Shown here: positions 30,378-44,170 of the stretch, piece after piece
Layout: the number at the start of each line of letters is the position of its first letter
Numbering within the stretch: position 1 is the first letter of the stretch
Source: the human T2T-CHM13v2.0 reference genome, Homo sapiens
DNA length: 64,000 bases
NCBI RefSeq assembly: GCF_009914755.1
Contig: NC_060930.1
Direction: 5' to 3' (one strand)
The notes under the pieces: model-generated
Database searches by the model: none
What the model was told of the DNA's origin: nothing
What the model saw: the letters and a program-made list of their open reading frames with translations, nothing else
Program-made: the position numbers and the translations under genes

Positions 30378-30590
30378 GGCTGTGGCTTTAAGTGTGGTCC
30401 TGAACCAGCAGCATCATATTGCCTGGGAATACGGGACTTGTTAGACACGTTAGTTCAACTTTCTTCCCCTGAGGGGGCTGCATCTCAGACCTCCTGGGTC
30501 ACACACCGTAGGGCCGGGGTCCAGCGATCCGTGGTTCAGCAAACACTCCAGGTGGTTCTGATGCACACTACAGTCTGAGGACAACTGCGG
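30378..30590. mobile_element. MER5-family element
   Basis: AAGTGTGGTCC..ACCAGCAGCATCA, CCAGGTGGTTCTGATGCACAC..AGTCTGAGGACAACTG. Confidence 0.7.
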
Positions 30591-31191
30591 ACGTAGGCAG
30601 AGTGGGGCTCCCATTTTTGTCCATACAAATTGCACAGCAAATGAAAGGTGGCCTAGGAGGCTCAGCACTTGAGGCTGTCTGGGTTCAGCTGCCACACCAG
30701 CCAGGGAGTCTTGTGTGACCAGCCTTGTCAGCACCCCTGTGAGAGGGGTCTGCACAAGGGCTCCATTGCGTCTCCTGGGATCCCCCGTGGAATGTGGCTT
30801 CCTGACTCCACTCAAGACCCAGGGATGTGCAAGCTTCCCGGGGGTCCCCATATTCTCTCCAAGTTTGAGGATGGCTGCCTTGTATTCTGTACTAAAACGG
30901 AGATCACTGTTTCCTCTCGTCCCATCTCTGGCTGCGAATCAATTTTTTTTTTCTGTTTTAACGCTATACTTCATATTCAATTTAACCTGATTTCATGGAT
31001 GTATAGTGGTGGATATAGTTACCCTCAGGGCCATAATGTTGCCGTGTTTCTGAACGGAGCCTGCAGCGTTCTGCAGAGGTGCCTTAGGGCCCTCGCCAGG
31101 CAGTGGCTGGGCATATTTGCTCTTATGCTGTGCTGGTGTCTGCTCTTCTCCTCCCCACAACCAGACACACTCCACTTTAACTGTTGTGTGA

Positions 31192-31617
<426 letters not shown>

Positions 31618-32395
31618 TAAGCCACGGGCTTTGGAGCCTTTGAACAAACTCCTTGGAGGCTGGAAGGTGTGCGTTCAGCCCCACCAGCACTCGGTGTCCG
31701 GCATCCTGGCAGAATCCTGAGCCCCGCATGCTGGCCAGGAACACCCTGTACCGTCTGATTCCTACCATGACCCTGTGTGTGTGAAAGAATGAGGATCTGT
31801 CCTTGTGAGGACATCACCAAGGACACCTGCCTGTGGGCTGGGCACCCTGGGTGTTCCCAGTAGTGTTGACAGCTCTGGATGGCTCTGGGTGGCCCAGCCT
31901 CAGAGCCTTGCCTCGCTCCTTGTTAATTTAACAATTGTCCATGGAACATCTCCTGTGTGATGGATGCTTGGCAGATCAGCTGACTTCTGGTGGCTCTGCA
32001 GCAAGGCTGTTCAGGGTGTCGTGTGGGCATCATCTCCACTCCACTAAAGAGCAGCTAAAGCCCGAAGAGATGAAATGACTTGCCTCAGGTTACTGGCTCC
32101 AAGCTCAGCAAGATGTGCAATCTAGACTCTGCCTAGAACTCCACCTGAACCCCACCATCTCTGCAAGTGCAATGACAGGTCAGGCTGTGATGTCCGTTGG
32201 CTGTAGTGAGGACCGAGTCTCTGTTCCCAACTCCATCAGTGTGGTGTCAACCCCCAGGGCTAATTCAATTCGTTTAAGTGAATATATCTGAGTGCTGACT
32301 GTGTGCACAGCACTGTAGCAGGAGTGACACACTCTCAGTAGCCATTTATTTGAACAGGTAGAAGACTTGTCAGTCTGTCTTCTAGTTGTAGTCTT

Positions 32396-33110
<715 letters not shown>

Positions 33111-33329
33111 TTTCTCCCGGCAAGCCAACAGCAAGCGAAAGCGAACGTGTCCTGGAGAAAAAAACGGACCCTCCTTGGTCTGAGTCCTGGCTCTACCACA
33201 TTAGCCTTGAGGTCTTCAGGAAGTTACTAACCAGTGTGAACCTCTGTTTATTCTTCTTTAGAGGGAGGATAGGATCTCTGCTTTGCCACAAAGGTGACAC
33301 TGTGGGAAAGGTCAATTTAGATCTTGGGA

Positions 33330-33658
33330 ATGGTAAAGCAGGAGAAGCTGCGGATGAGTGGCTCAAGGTCCAGATTGGTTATTAAACTTGTGCGGTTCAG
33401 CTGCTCAAGCTTCTAAACATTTCTGGACTAGATACCATCATTTAAAACCCAGGAGATTTCACATAAAAATTTGGATTTTTCCACTTTTCTTGAAAAGTCA
33501 GAGGCTCTGGCAATACCTAGCTAACATTCTCAAATGGCAGTGATGGGCTGGAGTTGAGCATACTGGCTTCCTCCCGTGGACAGTCTCCACCACTGCCTTA
33601 CCATGGGGCCACATTAGTTACTTGCTGGCCTTTACAGAGTTTGAATTTTCAACTCTGA
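33330..33658. mobile_element. MER102-like hAT element
   Basis: GAGATTTCACATAAAAATTTGGATTTT..CTTTTCTTGAAAAGTCAGA..CTGGCAA. Confidence 0.6.
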
Positions 33659-35090
33659 TATTATACATATGTATGCTTTTGTTATTAATACAGTGGCTTA
33701 CAACATATAAAATAATATCTACATTAAAATAAATAAGAGCTAGCTATATATTTAGTATCTAGGTCAGCTAATTAAGCTTAACAACGTGCACCAGACTACA
33801 TTGGGAACAGATGGTTGGACATCTCCCAGCAACAGCCATAAATGAGAGGTGAGGATTCTACTTTTCAAGGGGGACTAACGGGAAGACCCTCAATTATTGG
33901 GCATTTTTCGCTCTGGGTCCTTGGCCTCAGGGTACATCTGTGTTGGCCTGAGCCAGACATCATAAGCCTTTGACCCATTGGAGAGAATCAAACCTTACTC
34001 AAACCTTGGGAAGCTGAGAAACCCATTTAGAGGTCATCTATTTGCTCTGAGCTGTAGTTTTCTCCAGTTTCTGCTAGGCCAGAGAGCAAGGAGTCATCAC
34101 TGACAATCCAAATGCACTCTGCGTTTAGGGGAGGAGAGTGGGCACCACATTCTCAGGTCTTCTAATAGGGTCAGCCCACAGGAGATGCCCATTATCTTAG
34201 TAAGAACCACAGCCCTAAAAACTGAACACCCTCCAGTGAAACTATCAGAGAAACAGGGCCTCCCCGAAAGTGTTAATGTGACTTCCATAGTACAACACTT
34301 ATCCTCAATGACCGATTTTGGCAGTCCAGTGGGGAAAAACAGCTTGCAAAGCAGTTAAAAGCCTGAGAGCCAGGAGAAGAACAAGATTTGAGAAATGGAT
34401 CACTGAGAACAAGTTATGTTTAATTCAAAGAGGAGCCAGAACTGCCAAGGTACCGCATTACTGAAGCTGGAGGAATCACACTTGCCACTTGGAATATAGT
34501 TAGGGACTTGATTTTGTGAAAATGAAGACTCTCCCTATGCAAGCAAAGAAAATAAGATGGAAACATTGGTGTATGGGGAGTCAACTAAAGGATTCCAAGC
34601 AATTTATTTCCATTCAGTTCAGTTCAAGAGATCAGTAGTCATATATTATTCTACCTTGTTCTGAAATAGTGTAGGTTTCATATTTATTATCATGGTCATG
34701 AATAAAATAAGTCCTTTCTCAGGAAAGTATAAAGAAATTGTTCTTGTTGCAGGAAAACATTTAGGGATTTTTTGTGTGTGTCATCCTTGGGTCTTGTGCA
34801 AGATGGAAAGAGGCTTTGTGGAAGAGATCCGAGGGGCATAGTGAATGGGAGCTGCCCGTGAATCATCTGCACAGACCAGAGCTGAAGCAGGGATGCAATA
34901 AGGGATATTCAAAGCAGGCTGACACAGCCAAACTGCAAAGTAATCCTTCTTTTATGCTCTGTGCTGGGCAGGCTGTTGAAAACATGCTTTGCAAATAGGG
35001 CTTTTGCAAAGAAGAATCCATGCCAGAGGTCAGAAGAAGGTCACAGAGGTGGTCTACATGTAGGAAATAAGAACCCGGCGGAAAGGTGAA

Positions 35091-35289
35091 GGCTGTTCTT
35101 CTTACAGTGTGGTCCCCACACCACTACCACCACCAGCAGCAGCAGCCCCTGCGAACTCATTGGAAATGTACATTCTTGGGCCCCACAGCAGAACTCCCAA
35201 ACCAGAAATGCTTAGGGTGGGGCCCAGCAGTCTGTGCTTTAGCAAGCTCTCCCTGTGATTCTGACTCAGGCTAAAGTTCAAGAGCACTG
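35091..35289. mobile_element. MER5A
   Basis: GGAAATGTACATTCTTGGGCCCCAC, GGGTGGGGCCCAGCAGTCTGTG, AAAGTTCAAGAGCACTG. Confidence 0.82.
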
Positions 35290-35749
35290 GGTTAAGGGGA
35301 GCAGAGCTCATTAGCACAGAGAAGAGAAGGCGGAGTGGGGAGTTTAAACTTTGCAGTTCAAGCTCAGGGTTAGCAACGCGCTTCCTCCCATTCCCACCCA
35401 TTTCTCCCAAGGGCAGGACAGCAGGCGGTGGCAATACCTACTACAAAGTGAACCCCAGGGGCTCATCCCAGCTGCTACACCGAGTCACCTGGTGGACTTT
35501 CCTAACAGCTCCATGCTGGGTATTCTGATTTAATTGGTGTATTATTTATCTAGTTAAGCTCCTCAAGCGAATCTCATGTGCAGCCAGGATTGACAACATG
35601 ACCCCTGATAATGCAGAAGAACTGGACAGGAGTAAATGTGCTGCCGCCCTACCGCGGATTCACATGGGAGAGGCGTGTCCTCAAGGGAAGGCAGTTTGCT
35701 AAGGACCATTTCAGGTTACCAGTCCCTGGAGGGGGCCCCTGCTATCTCA

Positions 35750-36162
<413 letters not shown>

Positions 36163-36849
36163 TTAAAGTGATATTGTCCTGGGAGCTGTTCTGGCCTTCT
36201 CCCTCCCTTCTTCTTGCCCCAGGGAGAATAACTTACTTTTCCTTTCTACCCCACTACACACTCAGCTTGACGGCACTTCTACCCAACAATGTGGGGTTAA
36301 CATGACTTGCAGCTACAGAGAAGTGCTTTCTTCCTCTTGGATGTTTTCATTTGGCTTTAGATGCAAGGAATTTATTTATTTATTTTTAACATTGCTCTAG
36401 ATTTTGGCAAAAAAAAAGCTCATTGTAAATTACTCATATCTTCATTTTTTTTTCAATGGCCAACAAACAATAGATAATCAAGAGGAATTTCTGTTTCAGA
36501 GGTAAAATGAAACCTGAACATGTTTTAGGATGGGAGGCCCTGATGTTCTCTACTCGCCTTCATAAATAAGAACCATCTTATTTGTAAGCCTGCCTCTAAA
36601 GGGGATAAGAAGATAGTGTGCCTGATGGATGCCACTGGTCCGTGTCCCATTCCCACCAGTGTTGAGACTAGTATTCTTTTCTTACACAGGGTTACAATAG
36701 CTTAATTTGTTCCCAGAATTTCTCTCTTCCCTGCCAAGAATTTCCTGCGAGGCACTCTTTCAGTGATGGGAAGTGGAGTTACTTCTCCTTCTATCCCTTC
36801 CTTTCCAGGTTCTTGCATTTCTAATGGGGATGCAGTGTCAGACAAACAA

Positions 36850-38410
36850 CTTTGATCAATGCATATATTGCATGCTGGAGGATGGCAGTTTAGCCCTGGG
36901 GTGTTCTACCTCGGAGCTGGCACTTCACCTGTGCCCTGAGCAGGCTGCTCCAATGTTCTGTCTAGAAAGCAACTTCTGGACAGGATAGTGCAGTACGCAT
37001 CATGTGACAAGTAGATCCCTTGACAACAGACCCATTCCCATGCCTCCTTTGCTATAAAGTAGGTTTAGTGTTCTGATACAATGTTACATGGGATCCTGAA
37101 CCAGTGTAGCAACACTTCGATAAACCTTAAATAGTGGTTCCACCTGAGATCCTGTGAGCAGAAAAAGGCAAAGCCACAATATGAACACATATTTATTTCT
37201 GTGAGACATAACCACGGGCCCTTGAAGAATGAAAGGGATTTGATGTGGTCACCTTGCCACCAGATAGAGAGCTGGTCTCCTTGAAGAATGGCACCATATC
37301 GGGGCTCACCATTGGTCTCTCTTGCTCACAGGTTGAACATTCAGTGACAACAGTTACTAGATAAGTCCATAAGAGTCCAGGCCATTGGGCCCATGCATAG
37401 TCTCCATCTCTGCCACTGTGACCAATATATCCATGTGCTCATCATGCCATAGGAGCAGTCAATGATAAAGGTTGGCTGATGTCAACTGGCCCATTAATTT
37501 TGTCTACTTGTTGAATTAGTACTCCTTCAATGTGGATAATTTCGGGCAGGTATTTACATGTGATGCAAATATCTTTACATTGTGGACCCACTCCCAAATA
37601 TCCATATGCCTCTATCCCAGACCTCTTTGAACCCCGCCTTCCAATTTTTTTCCCATTTCAAGTCCCTGATCAATTAACCAGTCCATTTGCAGCTGCCCAT
37701 AAGTGTATTTATAGTTGAACCTCAGGTCATTTCTCTTGCCTCCCAGAATGAATGATCAGGTGCATTGCCCAAAGCTCTGCCCACTAAGGGGGTTTTCCCT
37801 CAACACTATCTTTCAAAGATACCTCTCATGATTGTTACACATCTACATACTTAGCTGATTTCATCAATAAGCCCAGCTCTGGCTTTTTCTTCCTCCTGGT
37901 TAGACAGAATTACTCCCTATAGGGGTAGGCATAAACTGAGGGATAGGTGCTGGTGTAACAGTGCTGGATGCCGTTGAGGTCTGGGCTATCTGCTCATTGC
38001 TTGTGCTCTCGGTCCTGCTCTTGTTGGAACCCAGATGAACCATCTTACAATGAAGTGTTGCTGAGTCTGCCCTGACATATGACTTGGGGGGTCTGAGAGG
38101 CCCCAGCCTATCATGGGCAGTCTGGTCACACGGTTACCGGGTGTCTGTGGCCAGGCATCTTGCTTCCACTAGGGATCAGTAGAACATCAGGAGAGGTTTT
38201 TCAAATGACATGTCATTCTCTGCTGCAGAAGACATATCTTTGCTCCAGAACAACAGGGGACTGCATTGTGATTCTCCCATTGGGCTTCCCCCAAACTCCA
38301 TGTGGCACCTTTTCCTACCACTGATACCTCCAACACAATAGGGTCTGCCAGATTATATGGCCCAAATGGCAGCATTGCTTGCATTACAGCCATGACCTGA
38401 GTCCTTCCTA
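36850..38410 (-). mobile_element. Decayed ERV-L-family pol (RT connection, RNase H, integrase)
   Basis: Minus translations: QVMAVMQAMLPFGPYNLADPIVLEVSV (ORF 38187..38456), *WAELWAM (RNase H), AHGYIGHSGRDG and YGAILQGDQLSIWWQGDHI (integrase); stops and frameshifts throughout. Confidence 0.88.
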
Positions 38411-38509
38411 GAAGGTCATCACTTGACCCAAAATATGGGTGGGAGAAGTATCCCACTTTTTACCACGTTAAGATGAGGGAAAAAAAATGCATCTTAGAAT
38501 TGATGATGG

Positions 38510-38908
38510 TGCAATAACTAATTTTGTGTGTCGACTTGACTTGGTTATGGTTCCCAGTTGTTTAATCAAACACTAGTCTGGCTGTTGCTGTGAAGGTAGT
38601 TTGTAGATAATACTGTTTACAACCAGTAGATCTTGAGTAAAGCAGATGATGCTCAATAATGTGGGTGGGCCTCATCCAATCAGTTGAAGGCCTTAAAAGC
38701 AAAGACCAAAGTTTTCCAGATAAAAAGAAATTATCCTTAAGCCTGTAACCTAGAAATTCTGCCAAGATTTCTAGCCTGATGCCCTGCCTGCCCTACGGAT
38801 TTCAGACTTGCTGCCTCTCAATTTGCATGAGCCAATTTCTTAAAATAAAATAAATATTTTACCTCCCTGCCCATATATTCTATTAGCTATGTTTTTTGGA
38901 CTAGCACA
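38510..38908 (+). mobile_element. MLT2 (MLT2D-like) LTR
   Basis: TAATTTTGTGTGTCGACTTGAC, GTGGGTGGGCCTCATCCAATCAGTTGAAGGCCTTAA. Confidence 0.85.
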
Positions 38909-38929
38909 TATGGTATATATGTCTTTATG

Positions 38930-39560
38930 GAAAAGAGTAAAAAAGAAATCTGGGATGAAATAGATAACTTTCTAGAAAAACAAAAATAAAAAAATTGACT
39001 TAGTAAAATAATAAAATGACAATGTCTGAGTAGATTAAAAGAAACAAAGAATAATGGAAAACATGACTAAAACAACACAGTAAGAACTTGTCTTCCAAAG
39101 TGCATATACAGTTTTATGGACCAATTCTATAACATCTTCATAAGTACAAATGGGTAATTCCTATCCTATTAAAGTGTTTCAGAGCGTGGAGTAGGATAAA
39201 AAGTTTCCAATTTTATTTTATGGAGGAAGCATAACCTTGATACTAAAATGTGCCCAAAAGGGTACATCATTAATAATAACAACAGCAACGAAAACATCTA
39301 CAGATGAATCCTGCTGATGAATAGAAATATGAATTTTGAGTGATTTCTGATAGGTCCTCTCTAAAGCATAATCTTAATAATACAAAGTTTGTTTCAAGAA
39401 TATAGATTGGTTTGATTTCTAATAATGTAATTTGTTTTGTTAACAAGTCAAAAGGAATACCATATCATTATGTTCTATAAGGATATTTTATAACAGTCAA
39501 AAGCTATTCTTGGTTTCTTTTAAATACTCTTAATAAATTAGGAATTAAAATTTAATTGAA
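38930..39560 (+). mobile_element. Ancient L1 ORF2 fragment
   Basis: ATGAAATAGATAACTTTCTAGAAAAA, ATTTTATGGAGGAAGCATAACCTTGATACTAAA; A-rich. Confidence 0.7.
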
Positions 39561-40101
39561 TTATAAACATGAATTCAAGGCCAGTTGGATAATTCCATAT
39601 CCAAGGCCTGTTGGATATCCATAACCCTGTTGGATAATTCCATAGCATTGTGCCACTAAAGTAATCACAGAGCTTGTATATGCCTACGTGAGTGTGAGTC
39701 CATGAAAACCCACACAGGAAAGCATTTTTTGTTTCTCCGTTGCCTGCTCAATGGTTGTTGCACAGTAAGGGATGATGTGATGGACAGCCCAGGAAACCCA
39801 ATAGATTGCCATCCTTCCTTTCTTCTTGAGTGGCCTTCATTGCTGCCCCTGCTGAGTTGCTTTTGATTCAGTGAGTTACTACCCTTTATTACAAAAATCT
39901 GAGTGTGGTAAAAAGGAAACGCTTGATTTTAAGAATTACTGGCTGTCATCTGTCCAAATGCATAACGATTTTTTTTAAATCTCATTGAATTTTTTGTCAT
40001 ATTTATTTTAGATATCTCTTCCCAAAACTCATTTTCTCATGTTACAAGAGGTTCTTCCACAGCAGAAGAATATAGTAGAATGATAGAATTCACAATGAAC
40101 T

Positions 40102-40501
40102 GGATGTAGTTCGTATGTGTTTCCCCTCCAAATCTCATGTTGAAATGTAACCCCCAATGTTGGAGGTGGGGCCTGGTGGCAGATGTTTGGAACATGGGGA
40201 TGGATCAGGAGTGGCTTGGTGCTGCCCTTGTGATAGTGAGTGGGTTCTCGTGAGATCGGTTGTTTAAAAGTGTGTGGCACCTCTCTGCTCTCTCTCTTGC
40301 TTCTGCTCTTGCCATATGCCATGCTGGCTTTCTGTTGCCTTCTGCCATGATTGTAAGCTTCCTGAGGCCTCACCAGAAGCAGATCCCAGCACCACACTTC
40401 CTGTAAAGCTTGCAGAATCATGAGCCAATTAAACCTCTTCTCTTTATGAATCAGCCAGCTTCAGGCATTTCTTCATAGTCACACAAACATGGACTAACAC
40501 A
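40102..40501 (+). mobile_element. MSTB-like solo LTR
   Basis: CCAAATCTCATGTTGAAATGTAACCCCCAATGTTGGAGGTGGGGCC...GGACTAACACA; perfect TSD GAACT. Confidence 0.92.
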
Positions 40502-41712
40502 GAACTGTTAGAAAACAGATGCTTCTCTGAAGTAGGAGGTTTCTGGTCATTTGCCTCTGAATGTAAATAAGAAGTCCTCTCCTCTATTCCATTTTGAACA
40601 ATTTAATACGTTGTTAATTAAAGTAATGATATACTAATCATGGCTTACTCTCCTTTCATGCTGAAAAATGATTTCTTTTCTATTCCCCTAAAAAAACTTT
40701 GAAATGAATGAAAATGGGGCCAAAATGGAATCTTTCTAATTTATTCCCTCAATATATTCTGCATTTGAAACTTCAGTAACTCTCTGAAGTAAATATTTGA
40801 GTATGTTTCTGTGTCCATTTCATTTTCTTTAAACTGTGCTGATGACCTTTGAGGCTAGAGAAGTGAGCTATAGACATGAAGACTTTGTAAGCCAGTGGTA
40901 TATCTGGAACCAAATGCGAGTGTAGACATGACTCTGAGATACCTGACCACCTCCAGGTTATTGCTTAATGGCATCTTGTTTATGCCACTTGGCTCCTTTG
41001 GATGGGTCCTAGTCCTACCACTTAGATGCCAATTTCACGGATCAGCACCTCCACCACCACCAATCCCTCACTTCAACTCCAAAGCCTCTTTGAGCGTGGT
41101 GGAGTTTTAGAAGCTGTGGAAAGTCTGATGAGAATGAATGGGGGTTCACACTGCTGCGTGGTCCATCTCTGATTGCTCTTCAAACTGCCTTCTCCCTGCT
41201 GCTGACAGTGCTTTTCTTTTTAATTTCCTTTCTTTTCCTCTTCTTTTTTCTCCTCATCTTTTCTTTTCCTTTCTTTTTTCCTTTTCTCTTTCCTTCCTCC
41301 CTCCCCTTCCCTTTTTATTCTTTCCTATTTTTTAAACATCAGATCATAGGGCTGCATAGCTTAATAAGTCAAATAGCTACTACTTCTTCCCCATTTTCCT
41401 TTCCCCAGAAACAACGAATTTCAACCCTTTTAGCTGATCCTTTTGGTATTTACCTTTCTCTGAGGAAAGAAACTTATATCAATATTTCTCATTTTATCTT
41501 AATATTAGGCATTATTCGTTGACTTCATACAGTGCAGGATGAGGGCTTACTTATTTTTTTAACACCCTCCTGTCCTACTACACGTAAGCACACCTTTAGG
41601 CTCTTTTTTAAAACATTTGCTCAGCTTTCTAGGTACTTATCACCAATTATGCTACAACTCCCCCCCGGCCATAGAAATCTTCTCTCATTATCCTTAAACA
41701 CGTTTGCAACTC

Positions 41713-41840
41713 CGTGGATAAGTGCTTGAAGGGATGGATACCTCATTCTTCATGATGTGCTTATTTCACATTGTATGCCTGTAACCAAACATCTCATGCA
41801 CCCCATAAACAAACACATCTACTATGTACCTACAAAAATT
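41713..41840 (+). mobile_element. L1MA 3' end fragment
   Basis: GGGATGGATACC, ATTTCACATTGTATGCCTGTA, CTACTATGTACCTACAAAAATT. Confidence 0.8.
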
Positions 41841-42069
41841 GAAGCAATCCTCAGACACATGAGAAAGTTTATCAGCTTCATCTTGAGCCCATCTGTGGAG
41901 CACTCTGACTTGCTGCTAACTGCACTGATGCCCACCCGTCCAGCCACAAAGCTACCATTTTTGAACCATTTGTTGCCTTTTGGGAACTACCCTTGGCTCG
42001 TTCTTGTTTCAGCTCTCTGGTTTCCCAGACCCTAGTTTATGTCTTCCCTCTCCCCTTTTTTTTTACTTT

Positions 42070-42619
42070 AATCCTTATTTTATGGAACACATCCTCCTAT
42101 AACTTTATGAAAAGATGTAGTAGGAGGTACATCTTTGGAGAACTTACTTGTCTGAAAATATCTTTATTCTATCCTCATACTTGATTAATGCTTTGGCTGT
42201 TACTGTATTCTAGGTTGGAAATAATTTCCCATTAACACTGTGAGGGATTTGCTCCAGTTTACAATATTGCTGGTGAGAAGTTGGATGGCATTTTGATCTT
42301 TTGATGCTTTGTACCATATCTATTTTTTTGTTTATTTTCTTCCTGAATCTATTTTCACCATAGTGCTGGACATTCAATGGTTCTTTCCAATTTGTAAACA
42401 TGTGTTCTTCATTTTTTGAAAAACCTCTATTGAATTTTTTTTGGATGATTTCTTCTCCATTTTCTCTGCTCTGTCTTCTGGAACTATTATTATTTGGACA
42501 TTGGATCTTGTAACCTGTCCTCTACTTTATTTATTTTAATCTTCCTATCTCTTTCTCTCTTCCTTCCTTCCTTCCCTCCTCTACCTTTTAGGAGATTTAC
42601 TCAGTGTTTAGATTTCAAT
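42070..42619 (-). mobile_element. Ancient L1/HAL1 fragment
   Basis: TGTCTGAAAATATCTTTATTCT, ATTCTAGGTTGGAAATAATTT. Confidence 0.55.
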
Positions 42620-44170
42620 GTTCTATTAGATAGGATAGGTTTGGCTGCTAAAGTTGAGACATAGTGGCACGCACAAGTTCCTTCTCTCTACATAACAGGC
42701 CAGGCATGAGTGGTCAGGGCTGATGTCATGGCTTTGAGGTATCAGGGACCCAAGTGCCTCTACCCTGTAGCTCTCCCGTCCCTAAGGTGCTGGTCTCTTT
42801 GGTGAAGTTCAGGGTGTTCCACTACCATGTCCATATTCTTGCTCTTGGTTAATGGGAGGACACAACTTAGATGCTGCACACATTATTTTTGTTTACATGC
42901 TCTTGGTCAGAGCTTAGTCACCTCACCGCTTCTAACTACGGGGGAGCTGGGATGTGTGGTCTTTATTCTTGAATCTCATGTTCCCATCTAAAAATCGTGG
43001 GTTCTATTACTGTAGAAGAAGGGGGAGAATAGATATCAAGTGATCACTGAGTGTCTCTGTCACAATTCTCACTTTTGGTAACCCAAATATCCATGTACTT
43101 TCTTCCCCCACTCTCAAACACATTCACACCTTCCTAAGAAAGAGAACTTGAAAATCAAATTCACGGACTGCATCCCACTTAATAAGGTTCCTGCCTGCCG
43201 GCCCACCTTCACTCAATGCCCTGTGGAACCAGGATACATGAGCAGATAACCTCAGCAAAACTCCCACTGAAAAGGAGAATGGAGAAACCCACAGGAATTA
43301 CTGTCCATTGTGATGCTCAAATCCTACTGGAGAATACGTGTTGGTGAGCCCTCCTGGCTACACCTGCTCTATGGAGGTGCAGTGGGCTGGGCTCTTTGCA
43401 ATGAGACTCTGCACTCTAAGAGATGCTTCCTTGCCCATGATCCTCTATGGCCATATGGAGCATGTGCCCTGGAGACCATGCCCTTCTTTGGGACTAATGG
43501 CTTTTGTAGTCCATTTCCTGCAGGTTTGGAGAATCAAGAGTTTCTAACTGGTTAGAGAGTCACAGGCTTTTACAGATCAATTTGTATTTCTTTGGCAATG
43601 CAATCTACTCCAAAACATACACATCTTTCAGTCTATTTTCTCTAGCCAGTTCCATGTGTAGGAAACAGCCAGGAGTCTTATCTGGACAGTTTTTGAGCTT
43701 GATCTCTCTGTGTATTTTTTGCCCCAGGCTTCTGTGTTCTTCCCATCTTCTCTTTCTCTCAATATAATAGTGGCCCCTTGAGGGTGTCTGAAAAAATGGG
43801 CTTGGGTGGAAGGCAACACTTGTATTCTGATTTTTGCCTGCTGGGCTGGCTTCCCTGATCTACCCAAGAACTCTTCAGGAGAGGTAACTGAGACAGGATT
43901 GGGTTCAGGCTTTTCTTTGCTGAGGCTCTCCCTCTTTAGAGCCACCCTGCTATCACTGCTTCATCTTGGGTCACAGAACCATTTGGCATTTTTCAACCCT
44001 GCAAAGCTGCCAATGCCCAGACTCTTAGCCAGCAGAGACTGCAGGCTGCAGAGGAGAAAGCTCACTTACCAGGGTTGCATTTCCTTCCATCTCTGTTTCA
44101 TTTCCTCTCTCTCGCAGGCTTTTCTGAAAGGAGCAATGAGCAGACAACACATCTCAGCAGGACACAGTGT
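42620..44170 (-). mobile_element. MLT1K-like LTR (~42620-43063) with adjoining MaLR internal sequence
   Basis: TTGGTCAGAGCTTAGTCAC, GGGGAGCTGGGATGTGTGGTCTTT, TCTCTGTCACA LTR end followed by ACCCAAATATCCATG internal-like sequence. Confidence 0.6.
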
